From Massalongia carnosa (taxonomy: Eukaryota): a stretch of DNA of 64,000 bases. Positions 49,965-62,178 of this stretch are shown one piece after another. The notes beneath the pieces were generated by a model. The model ran no database searches. It was not told the origin of the DNA and saw only the letters and a list, made by a program, of their open reading frames with translations. The translations under genes and the position numbers were made by a program. The stretch covers positions 1,054,001-1,118,000 of the forward strand of contig OZ287082.1 in NCBI GenBank assembly GCA_965645245.1, in the 5' to 3' direction. Each line of letters opens with the position of its first letter. Within the stretch, counting starts at the first letter, position 1.

Positions 49965-50412
49965 TGTCAAGGACTGGGCAGGGGATTGAACTAATGATCC
50001 TAGGAATTGGATTGGGTGATCAAGATGTCTTTATTAATAAGGCTATAGCTAGGTGATGGATTGCTATACAAGACGTCGGACAAGGAGTCAACTATCTAAT
50101 TAACTTGTCCTTCCTTTTATATTTGTCTCGAACCCCTTTGCATGAAGATTCGATCAGTTTTCATCTCCCCCTATTAGGAGACGTACGGCACGAAGGTTTG
50201 ACGAGGTGTTTGACGATAAAAGGTGGAGATGAGGTTCTCATGTCGTTGGTACGCTTTGATGGTGATGGTACAGCTTTGACCTGAAGCCGTTGAGAGGGGT
50301 CTAAACTCGATTTAGTTAATGAGATTCTGACTAAGCTGAATAGAGGAACGGGAGCTTAGTCAGATTCATCTGCGGGATTGATTCTGGATCGGGTTGGTTC
50401 GATTTCATGACA
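49965..50412. mobile_element. Solo LTR
   Basis: TGTCA...TGACA ends with TSD GAGGT (49960-49964, 50413-50417). Confidence 0.85.
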
Positions 50413-50435
50413 GAGGTAGTTAATCAATAGATTGA

Positions 50436-50684
50436 TGTTGAAATAGGTATATGACTATTGCTTTATGGCCATTTAATAATAAAGGTATGTATGACTATGA
50501 TGTTAAGTGTAAAGGTAATCATCAGAATAAGGGTGTGTAAAAGGATATCTATTGAGATATGCGAAATCTATATGCCCCGTTTGCCCTTCGTCTCGAAGTT
50601 TCTATCCGGCTCTAGAAGCTTATCTCCGAAGCTTCGGTCGGAAAGAGCCGTTGGATTTAGCGCTCCTACACCCGAGTCCTGACA
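50436..50684. mobile_element. Probable Copia-related solo LTR
   Basis: Starts TGTTGAAATAGGTATATGA like the LTR at 35829 and ends TGACA; no clean TSD. Confidence 0.55.
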
Positions 50685-52401
50685 GATTCAGTTATTATAG
50701 CTTATTAATAATTGGAAAAGAATTTTAACAAAAATAATTGCTTGTCAGGTCACGTACGTCCTGACATAAGCGAATCGGTAGTTATAACCGATCTCCGATC
50801 TCTGACTAGGACACGGCTCGTGTTCGTAATCTTCTTTCATTGTACCAAGCATAATCACTATAACTAAATCAACGGACTGGTTGCCCTAAGAAGTAGGGCT
50901 ATAGGATAAAGACCTGATCGCCCACTTCTTTCGAGGGGTTACTGATCAATTTATTGATTTACCACTCTCTATTCGTACATTCATCACGAATCCATATAGT
51001 AGTCACGCTATTAGACTTGACCCCTTACATTGCTTTAAAGGCTGTTTTTTATCTTTGTCAAGTCTTTATTCTCTCATTCGACGGGAAGATAATGACTTGA
51101 AATTTTACAGAACTTAAGTAATCTATGCAATGAGACTAAAAATCGTCTAATCACTCTTGAATTATGAGGTTAATAGTCGAGCATGTAACAAGATAATTAA
51201 AGCGAGCTGAATCGACAAAAATTTTTCAATAAAATTGATCGAATTAAGCGAAAATTTAGTGCTCGAAAAGCAATCATGAAATGAAAGATAAGTATAATTT
51301 TCAGAATGATTCAAAAAATATGTTTCGATTACGAGCAATTCATGCAATCTTCTATGCAGATTACGCCGCGCAATGGGTTGGGTTTTTGTAAGAGTCAGAC
51401 CTGGCGATTATCAGACACCAGGCCTAGGGATATGTGACAATGTGAAGACACTAATGATTTGCTATACTAATATACTAAAAGAAGTATGTAGGTAAAGCGG
51501 AAGACTAATCGTTGAAGATTGCATCTCCCTCGAGCAGCCTCCTTATATACCCGGACCGAAGCCCTTGACCCTCTGGGCCCTTGATACTGTAACTATCTTG
51601 ACCGCCCATTACTCCTACCGGATAAGCCGGCTAAACACTCTGCTGACTGCATCGTGGACACTGTGCTGACTGTATCGTAGACACTGTGCTGACTGTATCG
51701 TAGACACTGTGCTGACTGTATCGTGGACACTGTGCTGACTGTATCGTACCATCCGCTCACTAATCGTACGAGCATCCTCGTATATCTCGATCGCTCGTAC
51801 TATACTCTCGGCAGTAGATACCAGCCGCGTAACGCAGACCAACTGCTTTCCATATGACTAAGCCTAGCCGTAGAACTAAGCCCCGCTTAGTTAGCTTAGC
51901 CCTTATTCCTTCTATGCCCTGACAATTGCCTCCTCTCCTATAGTGCTGGTCCTCCAGCACGTACAGTACTCGAACGCGGAAGGGAGTGTGTAGGGACGTG
52001 ATAGAAGATGTCGCGTAGATAGCAAGTTTGTTGTGTAGAAAGCGCGAATACCTGGCGCTTGACGTAGGTAGATGTAAATATCACTAGCTTCTCGGTAATG
52101 CTGGGTCGCCGATGCCGCTCCGAGCGCTAGAAGTAGCGGAGAAGGGGACGATGGCGATTATCAGCAGAGATCCGAGCTCGGTAACGCTAGCGTTGGTGGT
52201 TTGTTGATTTAGGTGAAGACGGTGAGGAGTACGAGATTGTTGTCTCCGAAAGCTCCTCCAGCGAGAGTCTCAAGGATAAAAAGGGTGATGAGGAGTCGGA
52301 CGAGGAAGTAGAAGATACTGATGGTGATGATGAGGTGCCGGACGAGAAAGCAGAAGGTTCCGATGGTGATGAGATGGCGAATAAGAAGGGTTTCGCTGGA
52401 T

Positions 52402-55400
52402 TCAGCGAGTAACCTGTAGTTTCTTGATTCGCCTGCGCTTTGCTTTCGGCTTTGCATCGAAATCCTGCTTTAGTTCTAAGGCTCCATCCAGATCTTTCTC
52501 TGGTACCCACTCATCATATTCTTCAGGGTATCCTACCCATTTTACCTTATAGAATATTTCCCCTTTCTCAGACCTTCTACCTATAATTTCTTCCACTTCC
52601 CATTCCTGTTCATCGTTAATAATTTCAGGTGGGGGTAGAAACGGTATATGCTCTTGACCATCTCTTCGCTTGTAAGGTTCTAGGTAAGAGACATGAAAGA
52701 CCGGGTGAATTCTATAAGTCGTAGGAAGAGCAAGACGATACGCCTGCTTGCCGACTGCTTCTAGAATGCGAAAAGGACCTAAAAACTTATGTGAAAGTTT
52801 CTTACTAGGCCTTTTTTGTTTTAGATTCTTGGCAGATAACATTACCAAGTCCCCTTCATTGAAATCTTTCTCAAGATGTTTCCTGTTGTAGTACTTGGCC
52901 TGCGCTTCGGATACGCTTTTCCAGCGTGCCTCTAAAGAATATCTGAACTCGTGTAATTGCTTTACTCGTTCTTTCGCAGCGGGCACCCTCTCCACAGCGA
53001 TGTCGTCCCCGACTTCGTAGCGAATCTCCGGGTTATAGCCGTACATACAATAAAAGGGGCTGCACCCAAGCGTACTTTGATAACTGACTTGGTAGACAAA
53101 TTGTGCTAGGGGCAATAGTGCCACCCAGTTGGATTGATTGTCAGTGCAGTAAACTCTCAAATAGTGTTCAAGGGTCTGGTTTTGTCGTTCGGTTTGGCCA
53201 TCAGTTTGAGGGTGAAAGGCCGTGCTAAGCCGGCGTTTCGTCTTTAAATGAAAACAAATTTCTGACCAGTACTCACTGGTAAAGACCGACCCTCTATCCG
53301 ATACTATGCCCTCAGGAGTGCCGAACTGTAATACTACCGATTCAAACAGAATTTCTGCAAGGTCCACTGCATTGATTTTTTTCGTAACCGGGATGTATAG
53401 CGCCATTTTGGTATATCTATCCACAATTACTAGGCACGAGTCATAAACCCGGCCGAAACGCTTGCTAGGTGGAAACCCAGTTATGAAATCCATAGTGATT
53501 TCTTTCCAAGGACCGGAAGGACGTGGAAGCGATTGCATAACCCCGTAAGGTCGGTGCCTAGGCGCCTTCGTCCTTTGACAAATGTCGCAGGATTCCGTGT
53601 ACTTCTTCACAGTCTTGTTAAGTCCTTTCCAATAGTATTTGCGGGTAAGCAACTCAGCTGTTTTCTCCGCACCAAAATGACCCGCGAGCTCGTCGTCATG
53701 ATGACGCCGCAACAGCTCCGCACGAATAGATTCTTCATCGGGCACGTAAATTCTGCCACGATGATTGAGAAGATCATTGCTATCTATAGTCCAAATTGCT
53801 TCGGGGGAGCGACCACCCTTGCGCTTCAAAGACTTAGCAACGGTCTCTCGCCTGCTAGACACGAATGCGTCTTTCCCCTGTAGCGCCTTGATGAGTTCAA
53901 GCACTGACTTGGAAGCACTTTCCAAAGGCTTTTCTTCATCTGATAAGGCAACAGCTACAGCCCGGGGAATACATTGCGTCAAGCCGACTTCAAAAGTATC
54001 ACTCTCTTCGTCAAGAGAAGTAATTGATTTAGAGGTTTCACCCTCTAAATTCTCCAGGGGTTCAATCCCGGACGAAGCTATCTTTGAGCGAAGATCATAC
54101 CTAAGTGCGGCAAGCACCGTACGAATTCCCGGCGTATAACCTACGCATAAGGAATCTATTTTGCTCAGCTTCCTTTGAAGAGTAGGCAACAATCTCGTCA
54201 CCTCGGTGTTGATGCTCTGATAATCAGGGCGCCTAGACGGTGCATCGGCAGGATTGGTCTTTCCCGAGCGATGCATGATTACGAAATCATAAGCGGCTAA
54301 CTTCATAGCCCATCGCGCTTGCCGACCACTCAACACCTTAATATTCATAAAACCCCTCAAATTGTTATGGTCTGTCAGGACCTCAACGGGGTGCAGGCTA
54401 CCCTCCAGGTAATGCCTCCAGTGTTTAAAACACATCACAATGGCCAGCAACTCTTGATCATGGGTTTCATAGTTGCGCTCGGCCGGTATCATCTTCCGCG
54501 AGTAGAAAGCGACGGGATGCCATTGCCCATCCTTCTGCAACTGGGAGATAATGCCAGAGATTCCGAAATCCGATGCATCGGTCTCTAGGCGAATGAGCAG
54601 TTCTGGATCGAAGTGAACCAAGATGGGCGCGCCCTGAAAGGCTTCTTTCAGCTTGCTAAACGCTTCCGCTCCTTCGGCCGTAAGATAAAAAGTACCCCTT
54701 TTTATCCCAGCCTGCATGCCTTTCAGCATGTCAGTCAATGGCCTAGTGATTTGAGAATAATGACGTATGAAACGTCGATAGAAATTGGCGAATCCTAGAA
54801 AGACCTGAATGTCTCGAAAGGACTGAAGTGCAGGCCAATCCCGCACGGTTTCAACCCGGCGTGGATCCATGGAGATACCATCGCTGCTAATGATAAACCC
54901 TAGATATTCCACGGCCGTAGCAAAGAACTCGCACTTTTTAAGATTTGCATAGAGATCGTGTTTCCTTAGACGACGTAACACCTCTTTAACATGCTCCACA
55001 TGGCTGGTTCTATCTTTGGAAAATACCAATATATCGTCCAGATAGACTACGCAGAAAACATCCACGATCCCAGATAAAGCTTTATTGATGTAAGCTTGAA
55101 AAGTTGCAGGGGCGTTGGCTAATCCAAAAGGCATAACCATATACTCGTAGTGTCCGTAACGGGATCGAAATGCCGTCTTCCACTCGTCGCCCTTGCGGAT
55201 TCGGAGACGATGATAAGCATCTCGCAAATCCATTTTGGTTAAATAGGAACACCCGTTTAACTGATCCAGTATCTGCGTGATAAGAGGGAGCGGATGACGA
55301 TTCTTTTTGGTCACCTTATTCAATCCTCGATAGTCAACGCAGAGGCGCAGAGTACCGTCCTTCTTAGGCACAAATAGTATTGGTGCACCTGCAGAACTGG

Positions 55401-56208
55401 TGGAGTGCCGGATCCAACCCTTCGCCAGGGCGTCGTCAAGATATTCCCGAAGAGTCTTAAGCTCCGTATTCGATAAGTTGTATAAAGGACCATAAGGTGG
55501 ATCACCGCCTTCTAAATCGATAGCGTGGTCACAGTCCTTGTGCGTAGCTAATTGATTGGCTCTGTCCTTAGAAAAAACATCCTGGAATTCAGCAAATTCC
55601 ACAGGTATCCCCTGCGTTTCGTTGGTGTTCCGGCTGTTGTTCTCATCAACAGCGCCAACATTAACAGGTTGTCTTTCGGAAGAAGGTGCAATGGGTTGAG
55701 CCACTATAGCATAGAGTGGTGCCCCGGAATCCAGGGTCTTCGCAAACTGTTTAGGCTTGCACAACTCGAACATATCAGACTGAAAGCCATAACGCCAGCG
55801 CTTCGCTCCATAATCGATTACGATACCCAGCTGTTTGAGACCAGGGAGACCCAACACCAAGTCAGGGCCCTGTTTGTCAATTGCGTAAAACACGCTGGTA
55901 AAGGTGCGCTGTCGTTCCCAAGTATCCTCGAGAGCCATTACTACCTCATAAGCTCCATAGCAGTAAACCTCTTTACCATCCATGAATTGAGGAGCAGGTA
56001 GTTCGCTTTCAATAGGTCTAAGATCTGAAGCGACGGCGAATCCCTGATTAATCACATTAATCTCGGCTGCTCCATCAAGCAACACTGTCGCCGGGTATTT
56101 TTGGCCTCCGCTCGTTATAATCCCCTTAGGAATTAGGCTTGGCTCGCTTTCTACTGATCTTTTCCCTCCATCGGCTGGCGAGCTTTTCGTGGAGGTTTGG
56201 CTTTTCCC
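52402..56208 (-). CDS. Pol (protease, RT, RNase H, integrase, chromodomain), probably made by -1 frameshift
   Basis: LLDGA, MPFGL...YLDD, TDAS, HHCC, GPF, and chromodomain EWEVEEI...YKVKWVGY. The frame is open from the slippery site G GGA AAA (56208-56202). Confidence 0.93.
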   Translation of the reverse strand, partial: GKSQTSTKSSPADGGKRSVESEPSLIPKGIITSGGQKYPATVLLDGAAEINVINQGFAVASDLRPIESELPAPQFMDGKEVYCYGAYEVVMALEDTWERQRTFTSVFYAIDKQGPDLVLGLPGLKQLGIVIDYGAKRWRYGFQSDMFELCKPKQFAKTLDSGAPLYAIVAQPIAPSSERQPVNVGAVDENNSRNTNETQGIPVEFAEFQDVFSKDRANQLATHKDCDHAIDLEGGDPPYGPLYNLSNTELKTLREYLDDALAKGWIRHSTSSAGAPILFVPKKDGTLRLCVDYRGLNKVTKKNRHPLPLITQILDQLNGCSYLTKMDLRDAYHRLRIRKGDEWKTAFRSRYGHYEYMVMPFGLANAPATFQAYINKALSGIVDVFCVVYLDDILVFSKDRTSHVEHVKEVLRRLRKHDLYANLKKCEFFATAVEYLGFIISSDGISMDPRRVETVRDWPALQSFRDIQVFLGFANFYRRFIRHYSQITRPLTDMLKGMQAGIKRGTFYLTAEGAEAFSKLKEAFQGAPILVHFDPELLIRLETDASDFGISGIISQLQKDGQWHPVAFYSRKMIPAERNYETHDQELLAIVMCFKHWRHYLEGSLHPVEVLTDHNNLRGFMNIKVLSGRQARWAMKLAAYDFVIMHRSGKTNPADAPSRRPDYQSINTEVTRLLPTLQRKLSKIDSLCVGYTPGIRTVLAALRYDLRSKIASSGIEPLENLEGETSKSITSLDEESDTFEVGLTQCIPRAVAVALSDEEKPLESASKSVLELIKALQGKDAFVSSRRETVAKSLKRKGGRSPEAIWTIDSNDLLNHRGRIYVPDEESIRAELLRRHHDDELAGHFGAEKTAELLTRKYYWKGLNKTVKKYTESCDICQRTKAPRHRPYGVMQSLPRPSGPWKEITMDFITGFPPSKRFGRVYDSCLVIVDRYTKMALYIPVTKKINAVDLAEILFESVVLQFGTPEGIVSDRGSVFTSEYWSEICFHLKTKRRLSTAFHPQTDGQTERQNQTLEHYLRVYCTDNQSNWVALLPLAQFVYQVSYQSTLGCSPFYCMYGYNPEIRYEVGDDIAVERVPAAKERVKQLHEFRYSLEARWKSVSEAQAKYYNRKHLEKDFNEGDLVMLSAKNLKQKRPSKKLSHKFLGPFRILEAVGKQAYRLALPTTYRIHPVFHVSYLEPYKRRDGQEHIPFLPPPEIINDEQEWEVEEIIGRRSEKGEIFYKVKWVGYPEEYDEWVPEKDLDGALELKQDFDAKPKAKRRRIKKLQVTR

Positions 56209-57392
56209 GACTTTGCGACGGCGTTCACACCGTGCTTCGGCTCCTTGTCGTCTTTAGGAGGGTTGGGACACTTGTTGGCGTAGTGACCCTGTTCTCCGCA
56301 GCGATAACATGTCACCTCGTCGGTACTTTCCTTTGTCTCAGCATGCTTTCTTTTCTGACCCGTTTTACCGTCTTTCGTAGGTTTTGGTTTGTCAGTGTCC
56401 TTTATCTCCTCGTTCCTCTTATCTCTATGTGATTTAGTGCGAGGGGGGTGAGAACCATTTGGACGCTCATGCTTCGACGTCGTTAAGACATCGTTTTCTC
56501 TTTTCTGATTGTTTTCCAGCCTACTGGCCAGAGTCACCAGAGCTTCTCTAGTCCTTGGAATATTCTGATAGTTGCCTATAGCTGCTCTAATAGACGGCCG
56601 CAACTTAGTAAACAGATGAGTCGCTCTTTGTTCTTCGGTATAGGAGGGCAACTGGTCCTCGAGGCTACTCAAGTGCGCCTCGAAAGCTCTTACCGTTTGC
56701 TTCTCTCCTTGCTTGGCTTCGGCAAATAATTGGGCCATATGCAGACCTCGATTAACTGGGTCCTCGACAATATTTAACAAGAATTTCAAGTACTCTTCGA
56801 AGGTATAATTGTGCATTTCACCGTCTGCCTCATATCGATGCCAAGCTTCCTTAGGCTCCCCTTCCAGCGATTGCATTGCGAAAGCGATCTTGGATTCATC
56901 ATCTGGGAAGTCCTCTTTTGCCACGCGAAACGCCACTCTACAGTTCCGCTCATAATCCAGATGTTCCTTGACCGTTTTTCCATGATAGGGACTGACTTTC
57001 TCGGGTCTAGCAGCGCGTCTCCTGTAAACAACAACAGGTACTGACTGGCTACTCGTCATCTCTACATCGTCGTCAGAACGAGGGTTAATGGCTCCTCTCA
57101 TTACCGGTTCCTTGGATGATCCGGTAGGGTTTGGAGGTTTCGAAGGCTTTTGAGTTTGTTCTTGCAGTTGCTCAATACTGGCTTTCAAATTCCTCAGACG
57201 TACTTCCTTCTTAAGTTCGCTACGCCTGCGCTCAGCTTGCGCTATCTGTTCGTCCAACGTCAGGGGTTGAATGGGTTCGACTACTTTTTCCATTGGGGTC
57301 AGGGCTCCTCTTCCAGGGCCCTCAGAATCCGAAAGTTCTTCGATCCGCTCCTCCGGCATCATGGTATCAGAGGCAACTTCTTGCGCGGACAT
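56151..57392 (-). CDS. Gag with CCHC zinc knuckle
   Basis: 413-aa ORF with CYRCGEQGHYANKC. Confidence 0.93.
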   Translation of the reverse strand: MSAQEVASDTMMPEERIEELSDSEGPGRGALTPMEKVVEPIQPLTLDEQIAQAERRRSELKKEVRLRNLKASIEQLQEQTQKPSKPPNPTGSSKEPVMRGAINPRSDDDVEMTSSQSVPVVVYRRRAARPEKVSPYHGKTVKEHLDYERNCRVAFRVAKEDFPDDESKIAFAMQSLEGEPKEAWHRYEADGEMHNYTFEEYLKFLLNIVEDPVNRGLHMAQLFAEAKQGEKQTVRAFEAHLSSLEDQLPSYTEEQRATHLFTKLRPSIRAAIGNYQNIPRTREALVTLASRLENNQKRENDVLTTSKHERPNGSHPPRTKSHRDKRNEEIKDTDKPKPTKDGKTGQKRKHAETKESTDEVTCYRCGEQGHYANKCPNPPKDDKEPKHGVNAVAKSGKAKPPRKARQPMEGKDQ

Positions 57393-58680
57393 GGCGGGAC
57401 GATAGTGTATAGAAGGTGTATAAATGTGTCAACGGATCGTCACTCCTTGAAGGATAGAACGATTAGAATTGTAAGAGTCAGACCTGGCGATTATCAGACA
57501 CCAGGCCTAGGGATATGTGACAATGTGAAGACACTAATGATTTGCTATACTAATATACTAAAAGAAGTATGTAGGTAAAGCGGAAGACTAATCGTTGAAG
57601 ATTGCATCTCCCTCGAGCAGCCTCCTTATATACCCGGACCGAAGCCCTTGACCCTCTGGGCCCTTGATACTGTAACTATCTTGACCGCCCATTACTCCTA
57701 CCGGATAAGCCGGCTAAACACTCTGCTGACTGCATCGTGGACACTGTGCTGACTGTATCGTAGACACTGTGCTGACTGTATCGTAGACACTGTGCTGACT
57801 GTATCGTGGACACTGTGCTGACTGTATCGTACCATCCGCTCACTAATCGTACGAGCATCCTCGTATATCTCGATCGCTCGTACTATACTCTCGGCAGTAG
57901 ATACCAGCCGCGTAACGCAGACCAACTGCTTTCCATATGACTAAGCCTAGCCGTAGAACTAAGCCCCGCTTAGTTAGCTTAGCCCTTATTCCTTCTATGC
58001 CCTGACAGTTTTCGCCACAAAATTGCTTTTTCGCCACCGGGTTTTTCTTTCAAAACTCAACCCGGACACTAAAAATCATAGGGTTCGCCACAAACGGGTT
58101 TGGTTTTCAGTAGAGAAAGCCGACACGTTGCGCGGCGTAATGCAGATGATCTATTGATTAGTTTTTGTGGAATCTCTATATTCAATATCAAAGACGTCGT
58201 TCTCAAGGCCTTTTCTGAGCTTCTTTTCAAGCATTTCAATATTCAAGACCTTCAACAACCCGCGACTAATTTTTCAATTTCGCTTCTGATGAGACATAAT
58301 AGGCAAAGACTGACTTGCTTGACATTGAGAAAGCAAAAACCAATGACCTGCTCGAATCTGTATTAACTCATCTCTTTCCGCGATTTCTCGTGGGCTCAAT
58401 CATAGAATAATCCAAGCCGGGAGGAGTCCTTTGAGAGTTCCTCTTTTAGCGATACAGAACGCGAATGCGGCTTAGCGCCCGTGTTGAGAATATCGCCTCG
58501 GCCCGCTGAAGGTGTTTTTCGAGTCATGTAGATAAATATTAGCGCTAATTTGGGCGTCAAAAGAGTTTGGGTAGGTATTAAAACCCGTCAAGTATAGGTA
58601 TTTGAGGGCAGCGGCGAACTTCATCCAATTTAATATCTGGGCAGATAATTATCACGTGTAAATTGAGCACATCCTAGGAG

Positions 58681-60147
58681 CTACTCTATTGCACCAAGCC
58701 AGGGATGTCGTAGAAGGTCTTCCGTGGAAAGGCGATCCGCTGGGTCAATCTTCATCATCGTCTGTAAAAAGGAAACAAACTCATTCCTGACGTTCTGTTC
58801 AAGGCCTGGCAGGAACACTTCCGATGATAAGCCGGGTCGATTCATCGGCGGCGAGTCTTTAATATTGTCATCGTCATCGAAAAGGTCCTGAACAATATTG
58901 GGATTTCCTTTCTCTAAAAGCCCTCGCGGAAACGGTTCAAAGAGGTTTACAATCTCGGCTAGGTGTTGCTTGAGCTCGTAACGGCCGTCTGGCGGGACTT
59001 CACTGCTGAACATGCGAACGGCCCGAAAGACTTCGAGGATCACGCATCCAAGGTTCCACCAGTCGGTATTCGCGTCCCACGGTGCCTCAATCAGGACCTC
59101 GGGAGATCGGAGGGCGATGGGCTGGATCTTTTTGCAAAGATGCTGGGTGGCCCAGCTGGAGACGCCCCAGTCTCCTAGGGTAATGTCAAACTCGGCAGCC
59201 TGCGTGCTGTCTGCATCGTTGAAGTAATAACGACGTAAGGGACTGGAAATAATCACGGCGTACAGTTCCTCGGACCTATTCTGCTGGGGAATAGGAACGT
59301 TGACCAAGTACCCGGATTCTATCAGGGAAGAGTCCTTGAACTTGAGGAAAATGTTGTCCGGTTTGATGTCTGAGAAAAGATATTTAGTAAAGAAACGACT
59401 TAATTATCATGAAGACGAATATCATACCCGTATGGATGACATTATGTTCATGAGCGAAATCAAGCGCTAATAAGAGTTGAATGGTGAATCTGCGCATCAC
59501 CGAGTTGGGAAGCCTGCTTTCATCGAACCAGGCCCCAAAGCTCCTCAGCGTCTCCCCCATAAGCGGAAAAACAAGGCATATGTGGGTTCCGTTGGGACCG
59601 CGATGCTCAAAGTCATCCAGGAGATGACAGACATAGGTGTAACCAAGCTGTTCGCGGTCTCCATCCCGGAGATGGGCCAGGATCCCTCTCTCAAATGTGC
59701 GGGTTTTTTCGCAGTAGCTCTTAGCACTGAGTACCTTTAGAGCCAGGAACTCATTCTCGCTGCCTTTTCTGCTTCCCAACTGTTGATTAGGTCAAGTAAT
59801 TACTGATTTGAACTTGACCGCCGAACTTACCGCGTCAGTAAGTCTCGGACGAGCCAAACTGTCGAATAGACACCGTATCCAATCTTGTTTAGGGTTTTAT
59901 ATCTCTCTTTGAACACATCGCCGATATAGATAGGATGAAAACCACCTGGCCGGTATACATGTGTTCCTTCTTCAATATTACCAGGTTCTTTAGATGGCGT
60001 AGAACCAGGCATGTGATTGTTTTCGGATCCTGCCATTTCGCGAGTTCGCGGAGAGGAAGAGTCCGAGCTTTTGATATGGACGGCCATCTTGCTGGACGAC
60101 CACAGGTCTGCGTTAGATTCACCGTGTTTAGAGATGATCACAGTCAA
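58681..60147 (-). CDS. SRPK/Sky1-like Ser/Thr protein kinase (3 exons; start may be 60087)
   Basis: YRPGGFHP, KIGYGVYSTVWL, LALKVL, IHT/DIKPDN across an intron, LGDWG and LRSPEV. Confidence 0.88.
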
Positions 60148-62178
60148 CGGAAAAAGAGATTAAGCACTTGAGACATATTGTCCGATCGTTAATCAGTTAT
60201 AATGGAATCGAAGAGCCGGAAATTGCATTGCTACCGGTATCTAATTAACGGCAACGGCAAATTACAGAGATGACTCCCAAATAACCCCCCCCATCTTGCC
60301 TGGGGGTTATTTGAGGGTCAATTACCGTAATATACAATTTTGCTTCTGGCGCTGTCACGATGACCCCCAAGAACTGTAATTAATTGACTTTGGATTGACA
60401 ATAGCGACGGTCCACCTAGCCTTATCGGAGGCCGGCCTTACAATAGGCCGGCCCCCTGAATCCTAATGCGGTAAGGTGGTTAAGGAGGTGTTTGCTATAG
60501 CAAACAATCTGGTCAATAAGGTCCTCGGGAGGACCCCCTCGAACTTCCTTCCTTCTAGATAGCATTAATATAATCACCTTTCAAAGCCTTCAGTCTACCA
60601 CTAAGCCTCCTGTAATCAAAGATTGAAAGAGATCATTTGAGATCATTTGAAATATTGCGACCGCACGATTAAATGACAAGCACGAGGAAAAGCGACTAGA
60701 TACCTATAGAAAATAATACGGAAAACATCACAATACAATATCATGATCTAATTTTTCATCCCCAGACTGTCATGTTTCGATATGTCATTCCTTCACCAAA
60801 AAAATCGCCTCCGAAGAAGTGGCACATGAAACATAACTAAGATGCTCTGTCACTTCATGACAGAAAACACGATTGCTTATCCTTTCTCTCTGTAAGAATA
60901 ATCTCTAGACTCATCTATTGACTTGACTTTGTCCCTCGCCTTTGTCATTTTCGAGAAGATGACTTGTTTATTAATTCGATCAATGACACTTCTCTAGAGC
61001 TTTCTAAAGCTGCCTTCGCTAAGTTGACATGCTTTGTGTGTAAAGCTTCTTGCGCTCTCACAGCAGGTTTCAATATTCGTTCAGATCTAGATTTACGAGG
61101 TGAGATCAGTGCCCGATCACGTTCTTTATCTTTCTCTAGCATGCTTCAAATTTGCTCCTCCGCTAATATATTATCAGCTTCCTGTCGCTCATTCGCTAAT
61201 GTATTTCGACTTCTTGTCGCTCTTCCGCTAATGTATTCTCGACTTCCTCTCTCTCTTCCGATAATGCATCGTCTTTTTCGTACGAAAAATCATCAGAATC
61301 ATAACTCACTGAAGTTCTCTCTCCTTTCGAAAGTGATGTTAACTCTTCTAATGAAATGCGTAGAGAAAGAGGATATCGTCTTTAAGGATACGTTTATAAT
61401 GAGCGAATGAACAACTTTCTAAGAACTGAAGTATGCGACCATAAAGCTGAAGCAATATGCTCGAAATGAGGAACGATAATTGGATACTGTCGCTCTGTCA
61501 GATATCTTCGATCCTGTTTTCAATGATTAATCATGAATTAATCTTAAGGTGAATACGTATCTGTTTAGCATAAAGTATTCGTTTTTTGCGAGCATTTTCT
61601 TCGATCGTTTCTAAAAAGCGACGTTTATAATTTCTATGTTCTTGTAATATTTCAGCAAACGTTTACTTCATATTATGTCTTTGAAATTGTTGTAACTGTG
61701 CCTCGTTCATGTTTAAATCATTCAATAGCTCAGTGTAATACGGATGGCGCTAGAGGGATACGTGATCGCCTACGGCGGTTGCGGGATTAACTAGCATGAG
61801 CCAAGCCGTAGTACGAAGTCGCATAGCCGTCGAGGTTGACACAACGCCACCTTGCCACACAACTTCGGATTAGTCGTTATCATGTTCTAGACTGCTTACA
61901 GATCAAACACCTGTCGAGGCCGCGGTGGTAGATTGCCATGGAGTGTAGGGCGATCTCCTGTGTGGACACTAGCCGGGAACTCTATATGGAATCTACTGGC
62001 CTACTCGGAGCTACTCGATGTCTTGATAGATCAAGATTTGTAGCAGGAGGAACGGCTAGCTGGACGCAGCTTGAGCTCGGCCTCCCCGGTGTAAACTTCA
62101 GCTTCCACCTTTATTACTACGCTAGTAATGATGTCGGCTGAATGAACCTACATGACCTCGTTGTCTAGACCTTGTGTC

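Larger units (their letters stand above)
51387..58007 (-). mobile_element. Ty3/Gypsy chromovirus, full length and apparently intact
   Basis: 538-bp LTRs (51387-51924, 57470-58007) with no differences seen, TSD GTTTT, and 23-bp tandem repeats inside the LTR. Confidence 0.96.
51362..58139. mobile_element. hAT-like MITE of about 150 bp, interrupted by the chromovirus
   Basis: TIR TACGCCGCGCAA and 8-bp TSD ATGCAGAT (51354-51361, 58140-58147). Confidence 0.8.

Noticed and set aside
51593..51960. Duplicated small ORFs, also at 57676-58037
   Set aside because: They arise from the two LTR copies and their 23-bp repeats.
60255..60335. Small inverted repeat upstream of the kinase
   Set aside because: No clear TSD or second copy, so it cannot be called a MITE.
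60600..62170. AT-rich relic and a possible further LTR
   Set aside because: No ends, TSD or protein motif could be established.
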